Assembly: GCA_046758365.1 (NCBI GenBank) | Contig: JBHIAC010000076.1 | Coordinates: forward strand, 1 to 15,787 | Direction of reading: 5' to 3' | Source of the DNA: a bacterium | GTDB lineage: Bacteria > Zhuqueibacterota > Zhuqueibacteria > Oceanimicrobiales > Oceanimicrobiaceae | DNA length: 15,787 bases | In this document: positions 1 through 8,506 of the stretch, one piece after another | Numbering within the stretch: position 1 is the stretch's first letter | Layout: each line of letters begins with the position of its first letter | Notes under the pieces: model-generated | Databases searched by the model: none | What the model was told of the DNA's origin: nothing | Seen by the model: the letters and a program-made list of their open reading frames with translations, nothing else | Position numbers and translations under genes: made by a program

Positions 1-2
1 TT

Positions 3-920
3 GGTGATCGCATTTGGGCCATGCGCGAGATGATTATGGCTGAAAATTTAGAGGGTAGAAAAAAGGCATTGATAAAACTGCTTCCCATGCAAAGACAAGA
101 TTTTTATGAAATATTCAAAGTCATGCAGCACCGACCCGTGACCATTCGGCTGTTAGACCCACCCCTGCATGAGTTTGTTCCTGCTGAGCCTGACTCACAA
201 AAAGAGATGGCCGAACGCTTAGGCATTTCAGTGGAGGCTGTACAACAGAAAGTTGAATCATTGCATGAGTTTAATCCTATGTTGGGACACCGTGGATGCC
301 GACTTGGGATTACCTATCCAGAGATAACAGAAATGCAGGCGCGGGCGATTATAGAAGCCGCGGCTCAGTGCTATTCCGAAGGCATAAAAGTGATGCCAGA
401 AATTATGATTCCTTTAACTAGCACCAAAGCCGAATTCGATAATCAAAAGGAAATCATTGACCAAGTAGCCTATGAGGTTATGAAAACAAAAGGCGTGAAG
501 GTTAATTATTTGGTAGGCACCATGATTGAGATTCCGCGAGCTACTTTGGTGGCGGATAAAGTAGCAGAAAAAGCTGAATTTTTCTCCTATGGCACCAACG
601 ATCTAACCCAGATGACCTTCGGTTATTCTCGTGATGATGCTGGAAAATTTCTACATGAATATGTAGAAAAAGGCATTCTTCCTTTTGATCCATTCCAGTC
701 AATCGATCAAGAGGGTGTGGGCCAGCTAATTGCGTTAGGGGTAGAGAGAGGACGTAAAACGCGCCCAAAACTTAAAATTGGAATTTGTGGTGAGCATGGT
801 GGCGAACCGGAGTCGGTTAAGTTTTGTCATCGCGTCGGAATGGATTACGTTAGCTGTTCACCCTTCCGTATACCCATTGCAAGATTGGCGGCAGCTCAAG
901 CTGTAATCGAAGAGTCCTAA
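3..920 (+). CDS. ppdK: Pyruvate phosphate dikinase, C-terminal PEP-binding domain (5' end outside window)
   Basis: Frame is open from the window edge ([11 protein letters not shown]...). Motifs [54 protein letters not shown] and the typical PPDK end [18 protein letters not shown]. Confidence 0.97.
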   Translation, partial: GDRIWAMREMIMAENLEGRKKALIKLLPMQRQDFYEIFKVMQHRPVTIRLLDPPLHEFVPAEPDSQKEMAERLGISVEAVQQKVESLHEFNPMLGHRGCRLGITYPEITEMQARAIIEAAAQCYSEGIKVMPEIMIPLTSTKAEFDNQKEIIDQVAYEVMKTKGVKVNYLVGTMIEIPRATLVADKVAEKAEFFSYGTNDLTQMTFGYSRDDAGKFLHEYVEKGILPFDPFQSIDQEGVGQLIALGVERGRKTRPKLKIGICGEHGGEPESVKFCHRVGMDYVSCSPFRIPIARLAAAQAVIEES

Positions 921-983
921 TAGATTAAGTGTTATAATAAGGTTTAGGAAATTTGATTTATTTTCTCTTCAATAAAATTTTTC

Positions 984-1011
984 TTGAACTGATTCGCCCA
1001 CCTTTTATAAT
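984..1011 (+). promoter_or_regulatory. Putative sigma70 promoter upstream of the HAD phosphatase gene
   Basis: TTGAAC (984-989), 16 nt, TATAAT (1006-1011). The AT-rich background makes chance matches likely. Confidence 0.35.
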
Positions 1012-1186
1012 CAGCTTAAATTCTATTAATTTCTAAAAATTTTTGACTTATGAAAAATAAGTAATAAAGATTGAATCATTTTAATTGGCAAGATGGTTGA
1101 ATGATTACCTGGTTTTATTATCTTGTAAATCTTGTTAATTCTGTCTAATTATTTGAAAAAAGGAAAGATTATTAATAATTACAATT

Positions 1187-1825
1187 ATGAAAGTATTTTG
1201 TGATTTTGACGGGACCGCCGCTAAAAACGATGTTGGAAATTTGCTGTTCCGGACTTTTGCTGATAGCAGATCTTTAGATATAGTAAAATTGTGGAAGCAA
1301 GGCCTTATTTCTTCCAAAGAATGTTTGATAGAAGAATGCCGTTTGGCTAGAGTTACGCGGCAACAATTGGAACACTTTGCCGACTCTCAACAATTAGACC
1401 CATTTTTTAAAAAGTTTGTTTTTTACTGTCATAAAAATGGTATTGAAGTAGAATTAGTTAGCGATGGTCTGGATTTTTATATTACACGAATTTTAAATAA
1501 TCATGGACTTGACGAAATTGTTAATTTCAGTTCAAATCATTTGGTCTTCTTAAATAATAATCAAATTAAGCCAGAGTTTCCTTATCATGATCAAGGGTGT
1601 GGCAGGTGCGGTAATTGTAAAGGATATCACGTTCGTAAAGGACGATACGGTAGAAATCCCGTGTTTTATGTGGGTGATGGATTATCTGACCGTTGTGGCG
1701 CTCAAGAAGCAGACATTGTATTTGCAAAACGCGACCTCTTGAAATTTTGCCAAGAAAATCAAATCCCACATTTCGAATTTAATGATTTCAGGGATGTGCT
1801 AAATAACCTTAAGAAAATAATCTAA
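1187..1825 (+). CDS. mtnX: MtnX-like HAD-IB phosphatase (2-hydroxy-3-keto-5-methylthiopentenyl-1-phosphate phosphatase family)
   Basis: HAD motifs DFDGT, VSDG and GDGLSD, the Cys cluster CGRCGNCK and ADIVFAK typical of MtnX-like proteins. Substrate not proven. Confidence 0.8.
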   Translation: MKVFCDFDGTAAKNDVGNLLFRTFADSRSLDIVKLWKQGLISSKECLIEECRLARVTRQQLEHFADSQQLDPFFKKFVFYCHKNGIEVELVSDGLDFYITRILNNHGLDEIVNFSSNHLVFLNNNQIKPEFPYHDQGCGRCGNCKGYHVRKGRYGRNPVFYVGDGLSDRCGAQEADIVFAKRDLLKFCQENQIPHFEFNDFRDVLNNLKKII

Positions 1826-1928
1826 CAAGATACGCGGTGAAGATAAAGCAAATGCAGTTACTTCTTAAATTAATGAGTCATTAGGTCATAAATCTTTTCA
1901 CTAAAAAAATAATGAATAAATATTTAAG

Positions 1929-3614
1929 ATGGTCTACATTCCAAGATTAGACAAAGGCTACCGCAATTTAAAACGTTACCGTCGAATTGTTGGCATTTTA
2001 ATAAAATATGGCTTTGCAGAAATTGTAGATCGAATGAATTTGAAGGTATATCTTCAAATTGGTAAGAGATTTTTAAAAAAGGAAATTTCTACGGCAAAGC
2101 GACTTTCTGCAGCAGAACGCATTCGATTGGCATTAGAAGAATTAGGGCCCACTTTTATTAAGCTTGGACAAGTGCTAAGCACTCGATCCTTTTTAATTCC
2201 AGCAGACTTGGTTAATGAATTGACCAAATTGCAAGACGAGGTGAGGCCTCTGCCTTTTGAAAAAATTAAAGATTATATCGAAATACAATTCGGCGAGTCC
2301 ATTGAGGAGAAATTTGCTGATTTTCAAAAAACCGCCATGGCGTCTGCCTCCATAGCTCAGGCTCACAGAGCACGTACCCATGATGATCAAGAGGTAGTAG
2401 TCAAAATACAACGGCCAGAGGTCGCTCGAATTATTGCCACGGATTTAGATATTTTGACGGACTTAGCCAGACTTATGGATAAATATATTCCTGAAAGCCG
2501 CCAATTTGATCCTCAGGGATTGGTGAGGGAGCTGTCGCAAACCATGAAGTGTGAATTGGACTTTATCAACGAGGCTCGAAATATTGAAATCTTTGCAAAA
2601 AATTTCTTGGATTTTGAGCATGTTTATGTTCCTAAAGTTTACTGGGAATATACTACCAACAAAATATTAACCACTGAATTTATTGACGGAATTAAGATAT
2701 CTGATATTGCTGAACTTAAAGCCGCTGGCTGCGATTTAAAATTTATTACTCAAATTGGCGGAAAGTTTATACTTAAACAGATTTTTGAAGATGGCTTTTT
2801 TCATGCCGATCCCCATCCTGGAAATATCTTCATCAAAGATCAAGATATAATTGTTCCAGTAGATTTTGGAATGATGGGACGCTTGGATGATGTCTTGATG
2901 GAAGAAGTCTCTGATCTGCTTATCGGAGCTATTCAAAGGGATGTTGACTTAATTATCCGGGTTCTCATTAATCTTGGATCTTTGGAGGAAAATCGAGATG
3001 CTCGAGGTCTGCGTACTGATATAACGGGATTTATTGATCGCTACTATGGAGTCCCTTTAAACAGAATAAACATGCAGACAATTATTTCGGATGTATTTGA
3101 TGTAGTTACCAAACACCAGCTTCGAACCCCATCAAACTTAATGCTCTTAATGAAATCCATGGGAACCTATGAAGATTTGGCACGAAAATTAGTCCCTGAT
3201 TTTGAAATTATCTCTCTTGCTAAGCCTTACGTTAAAAAGCTCATGTTGCGCCGTTTGAATGTCAACAAAATTGCCTACGAGGGAATTAAAATGCTACGGG
3301 ATCTTTTTGATCTTTTAAAAATTTTACCAAGAGATTTAGAACTATTACTTAGGCGATTAAAACGCGGCCAATTTGCTATCGATTTGCAAGATCGGGGTTT
3401 ACAAAATCTTATTTTAGAAATTGATCGCTCCTCTAATCGTATTGCTTTTAGTTTAATCATCGCTGCTTTAATCATTGGCTCGTCACTGATTTTAAACCAA
3501 AAAGTCGGACCCTTCTTTTTAGGCTACCCACTTTTTGGCCTGCTTGGTTATTTATTTGCTGGCATTCTGGGTGTTTGGCTCGTGATTGCAATACTGCGAT
3601 CAGGACGATTGTGA
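1929..3614 (+). CDS. ubiB: UbiB/AarF/ABC1 family atypical kinase with C-terminal membrane helices
   Basis: LGPTFIKLGQ (KxGQ), ASASIAQ, VVVKIQRP, DGFFHADPHPGN, DFG, and two hydrophobic C-terminal segments. Confidence 0.9.
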   Translation: MVYIPRLDKGYRNLKRYRRIVGILIKYGFAEIVDRMNLKVYLQIGKRFLKKEISTAKRLSAAERIRLALEELGPTFIKLGQVLSTRSFLIPADLVNELTKLQDEVRPLPFEKIKDYIEIQFGESIEEKFADFQKTAMASASIAQAHRARTHDDQEVVVKIQRPEVARIIATDLDILTDLARLMDKYIPESRQFDPQGLVRELSQTMKCELDFINEARNIEIFAKNFLDFEHVYVPKVYWEYTTNKILTTEFIDGIKISDIAELKAAGCDLKFITQIGGKFILKQIFEDGFFHADPHPGNIFIKDQDIIVPVDFGMMGRLDDVLMEEVSDLLIGAIQRDVDLIIRVLINLGSLEENRDARGLRTDITGFIDRYYGVPLNRINMQTIISDVFDVVTKHQLRTPSNLMLLMKSMGTYEDLARKLVPDFEIISLAKPYVKKLMLRRLNVNKIAYEGIKMLRDLFDLLKILPRDLELLLRRLKRGQFAIDLQDRGLQNLILEIDRSSNRIAFSLIIAALIIGSSLILNQKVGPFFLGYPLFGLLGYLFAGILGVWLVIAILRSGRL

Positions 3615-3705
3615 AAATTAAGTTTAGGACACAGAGACCACAAAGAAGCTCAGAGTGCACTGAGAAAAATTAGAATTCAAATTATCAAATAAAAAGGGGT
3701 TAGGT

Positions 3706-3797
3706 ATGAATGACATGAAAGAATTAAATGAATTAACTTAACAAGTAATCGGATTGGCAATCGATGTGCACCGTGAACTTGGGCCGGGATTATTGGA
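3706..3797 (+). pseudogene. GxxExxY-family protein N-terminal fragment (nonsense codon, truncated)
   Basis: Translation MNDMKELNELT*QVIGLAIDVHRELGPGLL matches the typical GxxExxY N-terminus. TAA at 3739-3741; similarity ends where ExxY should follow. G-rich RBS-like sequence upstream. Confidence 0.85.
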
Positions 3798-3807
3798 TTA
3801 CAATCTT

Positions 3808-3839
3808 GTCAAACCTTGTTTTTTTAGCAAGGTTTTGAC
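3808..3839. repeat. Short hairpin (REP-like or terminator-like)
   Basis: GTCAAACCTTGT, T-rich loop, GCAAGGTTTTGAC; pairs with a single bulge. Confidence 0.55.
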
Positions 3840-3850
3840 CATCTAATTAG

Positions 3851-4039
3851 AACAAAAAATATTTTAGCCACAGATTTGCACGGATGAAACACAGATTCAA
3901 TAAATGTGGCTGTGAGTACATTTCAAATTATTAGCTTTATGATATCGTACATTATTTTTCACACTCTACGCATTCATCCGTGCGCATCCGTGTCAATCCG
4001 TGGCTTAATATTTTGGTTGCGGCCGAAGGTCGCGCTAGG
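3851..4039. repeat. Inner inverted-repeat element with 10-bp-period CAC(A/G)GAT units and a terminal GC hairpin
   Basis: Left AACAAAAAATATTTTAGCCACAGATTTGCACGGATGAAACACAGATT (3851-3897). Right CATCCGTGCG CATCCGTGTC AATCCGTGGC TTAATATTTTGGTT (3975-4018). Then GCGGCC-GAA-GGTCGC (4019-4033). Confidence 0.75.
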
Positions 4040-4110
4040 ATCTCCGTGTAATCTTTGTATACTCTGTATCCAATTTCTTTAATGAACGCTGAATAATTTC
4101 AGTTTGTTTA

Positions 4111-5517
4111 ATGAAAATCAAAAAAAATAATACAAACACTATACTTAAAACCATCGGGGTAATCGCTGATAGAGAAGTCATGGAAGTTTACGCCGTCGGA
4201 GGCTTTGTTCGCGATAAACTCCTCGGCCAAGATGGCAAAGATATTGACTTCGTGGTGGTTGGTGATGGTCCAAAATTCGCCAAAGCTGTTGCCAAAAATC
4301 TAAATACTCGAAAAATGACCGTTTATGAAAAATTTGGCACAGCCCTGGTAGAATATAAGGATTATAAACTTGAATTTGTAGGGGCGCGTAAAGAAAGCTA
4401 CCGCGGTGATTCACACAAACCTGAAGTCATTCCCGCAGACCTGCCAGCCGATTTGGCTCGAAGGGATTTTACCATAAACGCCTTGGCCATTGGATTAAAC
4501 AAAAATAATTTCAGCAAAATTATCGATCCTTTTAACGGACTTAAAGACCTAAAGAAAAAAATTATTCGCACACCCTTAAATCCTGTGGCCACCTTTAAAG
4601 ATGACCCACTGCGAATTATGCGAGCAATTCGATTCGCTGCTCAATTAGGTTTTGAAATTGAAGCTAATACCAAAGCTGGCATGAAGCAGATGGCTGAACG
4701 GTTGAAAATTGTTTCACAGGAAAGAATTACTGATGAATTTTTGAAAATCCTTGCCGCCTCTAAGCCCTCCATTGGCTTTCTCTTGATGGATGAATCTACT
4801 GTTCTAAAATTTATATTTCCTGAATTAGTAGATCTCAAAGGCGTTGAACAAGTTGACATGCATCATCATAAAGATGTATTTTATCATACTCTGAAAGTTG
4901 TAGACAACACAGCAGCCGTTACGGATAATTTGAATCTACGCTTTACCGCCTTGGTGCATGACATTGCAAAGCCCAAAACCAAAGAATTTAAACCCGGAAA
5001 AGGCTGGACATTTCATAACCACGAGGAAGTGGGGGCTCGCATGATTTCAGCCATTGGTCGCAGGTTGCGACTCCCTAATGAGATGATTAAATACGCACAA
5101 AAATTAACCCGCCTACATCTCCGTCCCATTGCCTTAACTGAGGAGGATGTAACTGACTCTGCTTATCGAAGGCTTTTAGTACAAGCGGGAGAATATTTGG
5201 AAGATTTGCTGACTCTCTGCAGGGCTGATATCACCTCAAAAAACCCGCAGCGGGTGAAGAAGCATATAGAGAATTTCAATTTTGTGGTGAAGCGTTTACA
5301 GGAAGTGGAAGAAAAAGACCGCATGAAGGCCTTTCAGTCGCCAGTTCGGGGGAATGAAATTATGGAGGTCTGTGGATTAAAACCAGGTCCCAAGGTCGGC
5401 CAACTGAAAAAGATGATTGAAGAGGCGATTTTGGAAGGTGAGATTCCCAACGAACATGATGCGGCGTTTGGCTATCTATTAAAAATTAAGGATGAGGTGA
5501 TTGCAAGTAATGAGTAA
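4111..5517 (+). CDS. cca: Class II tRNA nucleotidyltransferase (CCA-adding/poly(A) polymerase family) with HD domain
   Basis: YAVGGFVRD, DIDFVV, RRDFTINA, DDPLRIMRAIRF, VSQERI, HD motif LVHDIAK, C-terminal GLKPGPKVG. Confidence 0.92.
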   Translation: MKIKKNNTNTILKTIGVIADREVMEVYAVGGFVRDKLLGQDGKDIDFVVVGDGPKFAKAVAKNLNTRKMTVYEKFGTALVEYKDYKLEFVGARKESYRGDSHKPEVIPADLPADLARRDFTINALAIGLNKNNFSKIIDPFNGLKDLKKKIIRTPLNPVATFKDDPLRIMRAIRFAAQLGFEIEANTKAGMKQMAERLKIVSQERITDEFLKILAASKPSIGFLLMDESTVLKFIFPELVDLKGVEQVDMHHHKDVFYHTLKVVDNTAAVTDNLNLRFTALVHDIAKPKTKEFKPGKGWTFHNHEEVGARMISAIGRRLRLPNEMIKYAQKLTRLHLRPIALTEEDVTDSAYRRLLVQAGEYLEDLLTLCRADITSKNPQRVKKHIENFNFVVKRLQEVEEKDRMKAFQSPVRGNEIMEVCGLKPGPKVGQLKKMIEEAILEGEIPNEHDAAFGYLLKIKDEVIASNE

Positions 5518-5803
5518 ATTCAAATAATATCTTCTTTTCCTTTTAGCATATAAAAACTTTTCTCGAATAATTGCTTAAGTTTGGTGTATTAATGAATGTA
5601 TAGCGCTTGAATTTCAGAAACTGAACCAAAGTCTTAATGAACGGGAAGTTTTAAGTTGGTGATTAAAATTTATTTGCAAGTCGATTAATCTTCTTGGAAA
5701 AAACTTCTTTTCTTTTATATTTTAGATTATTTAATCTATACAAAGTCGAAACTTTTTCTTTCAATTTACGTTTTTAAAAATCGGCTAATCACTTTTAACA
5801 TTA

Positions 5804-5912
5804 CAAACTTCTGTAAAATTAATTTAAAGTATGCTCAAAATGGGTGTACAGGCTTCAGCCTGCCTATGACAATCTCAACCTAAAGGTTAAACACCCTATT
5901 TTGCAGAACTCT
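5804..5912. mobile_element. MITE-like element containing an inverted REP-like doublet, flanked by direct repeats
   Basis: Termini AAACTTCTGTAAAAT (5805-5819) and reverse complement of 5898-5912, AGAGTTCTGCAAAAT: 12/15. Direct repeat CTTTTAACATTA at 5792-5803 and 5911-5922. Internal palindromes CAGGCT-TC-AGCCTG and AACCT-AA-AGGTT. Confidence 0.65.
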
Positions 5913-5938
5913 TTTAACATTAAGGAGAGGAGGAAATC

Positions 5939-6661
5939 ATGAATTCAGAAACAATGGAAAAGCAGGTGGAAGTAGGTCAAGAACTCAGTGGATTTCAAAA
6001 GGTTATAGGTGTTTTTACTTCCCCAGGTAAAACTTTTGCAAGTATTGATCTTAATCCTACTTGGCTTTTGCCAATTCTATTATTTGCAATTATTAATCTG
6101 GTTTTTATATTTACTGTGAGAAACATATTAATTCAAGAAACCCTTGCCCAGCAAGAAGAAAGAATGATAGAGCGGGGAATGGAGAGCGAGCAAATTGAAC
6201 AAGCCCTTTCTAGAACTGAATGGGGAATTAAATATTTTGCACCTGTTACAGGGGTTGTGTTTCCATTAATTATTTTATTAATCGTCTCCGGAATTTTTCT
6301 TTTTGTAGGGAATGTAATTTTAGGAGGATCAGCTACCTTTAAAAAAGTGTTTTCGGTTTCGGCTCATGCCTGGTTGATATTTAGTTTAGGCGCGTTAGTT
6401 GCCTTACCGATTGTTGTAGCTAAAGAAACCATGCAAGTAACGTTCTCCTTAGCGACCCTGATGTCCGAAGAATCCAGTAAAACTTTTTTATATCAACTTC
6501 TTGCAAAAATTGACCTTTTCGCTATTTGGTGGATTGCGGTTCAATCCATCGGTTTAGCCATCATTTATAAAATGAAAACTCAAAAAATGACGACGATAGT
6601 TGTAATTTTGTATGGTATTTATGCCATAGTGGCTTCAGCTATAGGTTCTGTATTTTCATAA
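5939..6661 (+). CDS. Yip1-family (YknW-like) membrane protein
   Basis: GVFTSPGKTF N-terminal motif, about 5 hydrophobic segments, TFKKVFSV, IDLFAIW, strong RBS GGAGG; first gene before the exporter genes. Confidence 0.8.
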   Translation: MNSETMEKQVEVGQELSGFQKVIGVFTSPGKTFASIDLNPTWLLPILLFAIINLVFIFTVRNILIQETLAQQEERMIERGMESEQIEQALSRTEWGIKYFAPVTGVVFPLIILLIVSGIFLFVGNVILGGSATFKKVFSVSAHAWLIFSLGALVALPIVVAKETMQVTFSLATLMSEESSKTFLYQLLAKIDLFAIWWIAVQSIGLAIIYKMKTQKMTTIVVILYGIYAIVASAIGSVFS

Positions 6662-6753
6662 TTATAAACCAAGTAAGGGAAAGAGGCAAGGAAAGCAATC
6701 TCTAGTATCTATTAGAACATAACAGCCCAAATAGTAGTGATTTAAAAAAGGAG

Positions 6754-6889
6754 TTTGGAGTAGTGGAGTGTTGGAGCCATGGAACGATGGAATTATACAA
6801 TATTGGAATGATGAATAAGTGGTTCGACGTACAATTTTGATTTTCCAATTCTGCATCACTTTAAAACTCCATTAATCCATCACTCCAAA
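6754..6889. repeat. Inverted array of 8-bp TGGARNNN units, copy 1
   Basis: TGGAGTAG TGGAGTGT TGGAGCCA TGGAACGA TGGAATTA TACAATAT TGGAATGA (6756-6811); complementary arm ...AAACTCCA TTAATCCA TCACTCCAAA ending at 6889. Confidence 0.85.
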
Positions 6890-6966
6890 TGTGTTACCGC
6901 AAGGAATTAAATTTTATAGCAAAATAAACGAAGATTTTATCAGTAATATTACAAAAGAGGTGTGCT

Positions 6967-8337
6967 ATGATTAGGTTTTTCAAATTAACTGTTGCTCTTT
7001 TATCTATTTTCGGATTTTTCACTGGTATTTCTTATGCCCAAGACGGGCAAGCCCTTTCCCTTGAGGATTGTATTAATATTGCGATGAAAAATAATTCGGA
7101 GTTAAAAATGGCCGTATACCAAGTTGACCAGGCTGGTGCAGGGGTAAAAGGCTCCTATTCTGGGGTTCTTCCTCGAATAACCACTTCCTTTCAGTCTGGT
7201 AGATTTATACAGGGAGATAGGACCTTATTAACCGATGTGCCGGTTGGTTTTGATTCAACAACGAGTACAGCCATATATAAACAAACTGAAATCACACAAC
7301 CCGGTGCTTCAAGAAATTCTCATTTCGCAAGGATCACTTACAGTCAAACTTTATTTGATTTTGGTCGAAGTTTGAATGCCATAAAACAGGCAAACGCTTC
7401 ATTTGATGCCTGGTCCAATAATTTGAACTCCGTTCAACACTCTGTATATTCAACAGTCAAACAGCGTTATTTAGAACTTTTAAAAGCTGTAAAATTGGAA
7501 AAGGAGTATATCGAAGCAGTTGAAAGAAGTAATGAACAGTTAAAGCGAACCCAGAGCATGTACGAAATTGGCTCCGTGGCTCAAATAGATGTGTACAAAG
7601 CGGAAGTTGTATTGGCCACCGATGAAATTAATTTGATTAATCAAAGGAATGCTGTTGAAATAGCACGCGGAAATTTAAACGTTGCCATGGGAAAAGATCC
7701 CGAAACGACCATTCAAATAATTGAATTAGAAACCAAGATTAATCCGTTCAAATATACCTTAGAAGAGGCCTTTTCTATTGCCGAGCAAAACAATCCAGAT
7801 TTAAAACGATATGAAAATGACATGAACAGTTCTGAATATGGGATGAAGATTGCTAAAGCTGCTTATTGGCCTAGCATCGGTTTTAGCGTTTCTTATTCAA
7901 GGAATAATACGGATTTTAATAAAGTGTACGGAGATTTCAGTAAGAATTTTAGTGTTTCATTTGGAGCCCAATTAGATTTTAATATTTTCAATGGACTGGC
8001 GGACGCGGCAGAAGTAGCTCGTCAGAGCGCCAACTACGCAATCGCAAAAGAGAATTGGTTAAATCGAAACCGCACACTCCGATTGGAAGTTAAACAATAT
8101 TATCTTAATTTAAAAGCCTGGCAGGAAATATCAAAAATTAATGAAAGAAATTTACGGTCGGCAGAAGAAGATTTTCGGTTGGCTCAGGAGCGTTACCGAG
8201 TTGGAGCAGGAACCCTATTAGAAGTTACCGATGCACAGGTGGCTTTAACTCGGGCACGGGTAACTTTAGTGAGTGCAAAATACGATGCCATGATCGCCCA
8301 AGCGCAGTTAGAAGCGGCTATGGGGACGATTGAGTAA
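6967..8337 (+). CDS. TolC-family outer membrane efflux protein
   Basis: Signal peptide ending SYA-QD; LSLEDCINIAMKNN, YSQTLFDFG, AQERYRVGAGTLLEVTDAQ, QLEAAMG; RBS GAGGTG. Confidence 0.93.
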   Translation: MIRFFKLTVALLSIFGFFTGISYAQDGQALSLEDCINIAMKNNSELKMAVYQVDQAGAGVKGSYSGVLPRITTSFQSGRFIQGDRTLLTDVPVGFDSTTSTAIYKQTEITQPGASRNSHFARITYSQTLFDFGRSLNAIKQANASFDAWSNNLNSVQHSVYSTVKQRYLELLKAVKLEKEYIEAVERSNEQLKRTQSMYEIGSVAQIDVYKAEVVLATDEINLINQRNAVEIARGNLNVAMGKDPETTIQIIELETKINPFKYTLEEAFSIAEQNNPDLKRYENDMNSSEYGMKIAKAAYWPSIGFSVSYSRNNTDFNKVYGDFSKNFSVSFGAQLDFNIFNGLADAAEVARQSANYAIAKENWLNRNRTLRLEVKQYYLNLKAWQEISKINERNLRSAEEDFRLAQERYRVGAGTLLEVTDAQVALTRARVTLVSAKYDAMIAQAQLEAAMGTIE

Positions 8338-8360
8338 AAGTAAGGGGTATTTGATGTTAG

Positions 8361-8430
8361 TGGAGTAATGGAGTACCATCCATGAAAGAATATTATTACT
8401 ACATCATTCCACCACTCCAGTATTCCATTA
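8361..8430. repeat. Inverted array of 8-bp TGGARNNN units, copy 2
   Basis: TGGAGTAA TGGAGTAC (8361-8376), then TTACTACA TCATTCCA CCACTCCA GTATTCCA TTA (8396-8430). Confidence 0.8.
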
Positions 8431-8506
8431 TATTTAACATGTAACCTGTTTATCGAAACTCTGAAATGTATATTTATAACACTAATCGTGAGGAGAAGGA
8501 GTCATC

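Larger units (their letters stand above)
3627..4071. repeat. Outer imperfect inverted repeat (ACAGAG-type units) enclosing the GxxExxY remnant
   Basis: GGACACAGAGACCACAAAGA (3627-3646) vs reverse complement of 4052-4071, GGATACAGAGTATACAAAGA: 16/20 identical. Confidence 0.7.

Noticed and set aside
3739..3741. Recoding of the stop in the GxxExxY fragment
   Set aside because: The codon is TAA and the gene is also truncated, so this is decay rather than read-through.
6662..6859. Minus-strand ORFs of 65 aa here and 60 aa at 10458-10640
   Set aside because: They are largely translations of the 8-bp arrays (IIPSFH, WNNGI patterns).
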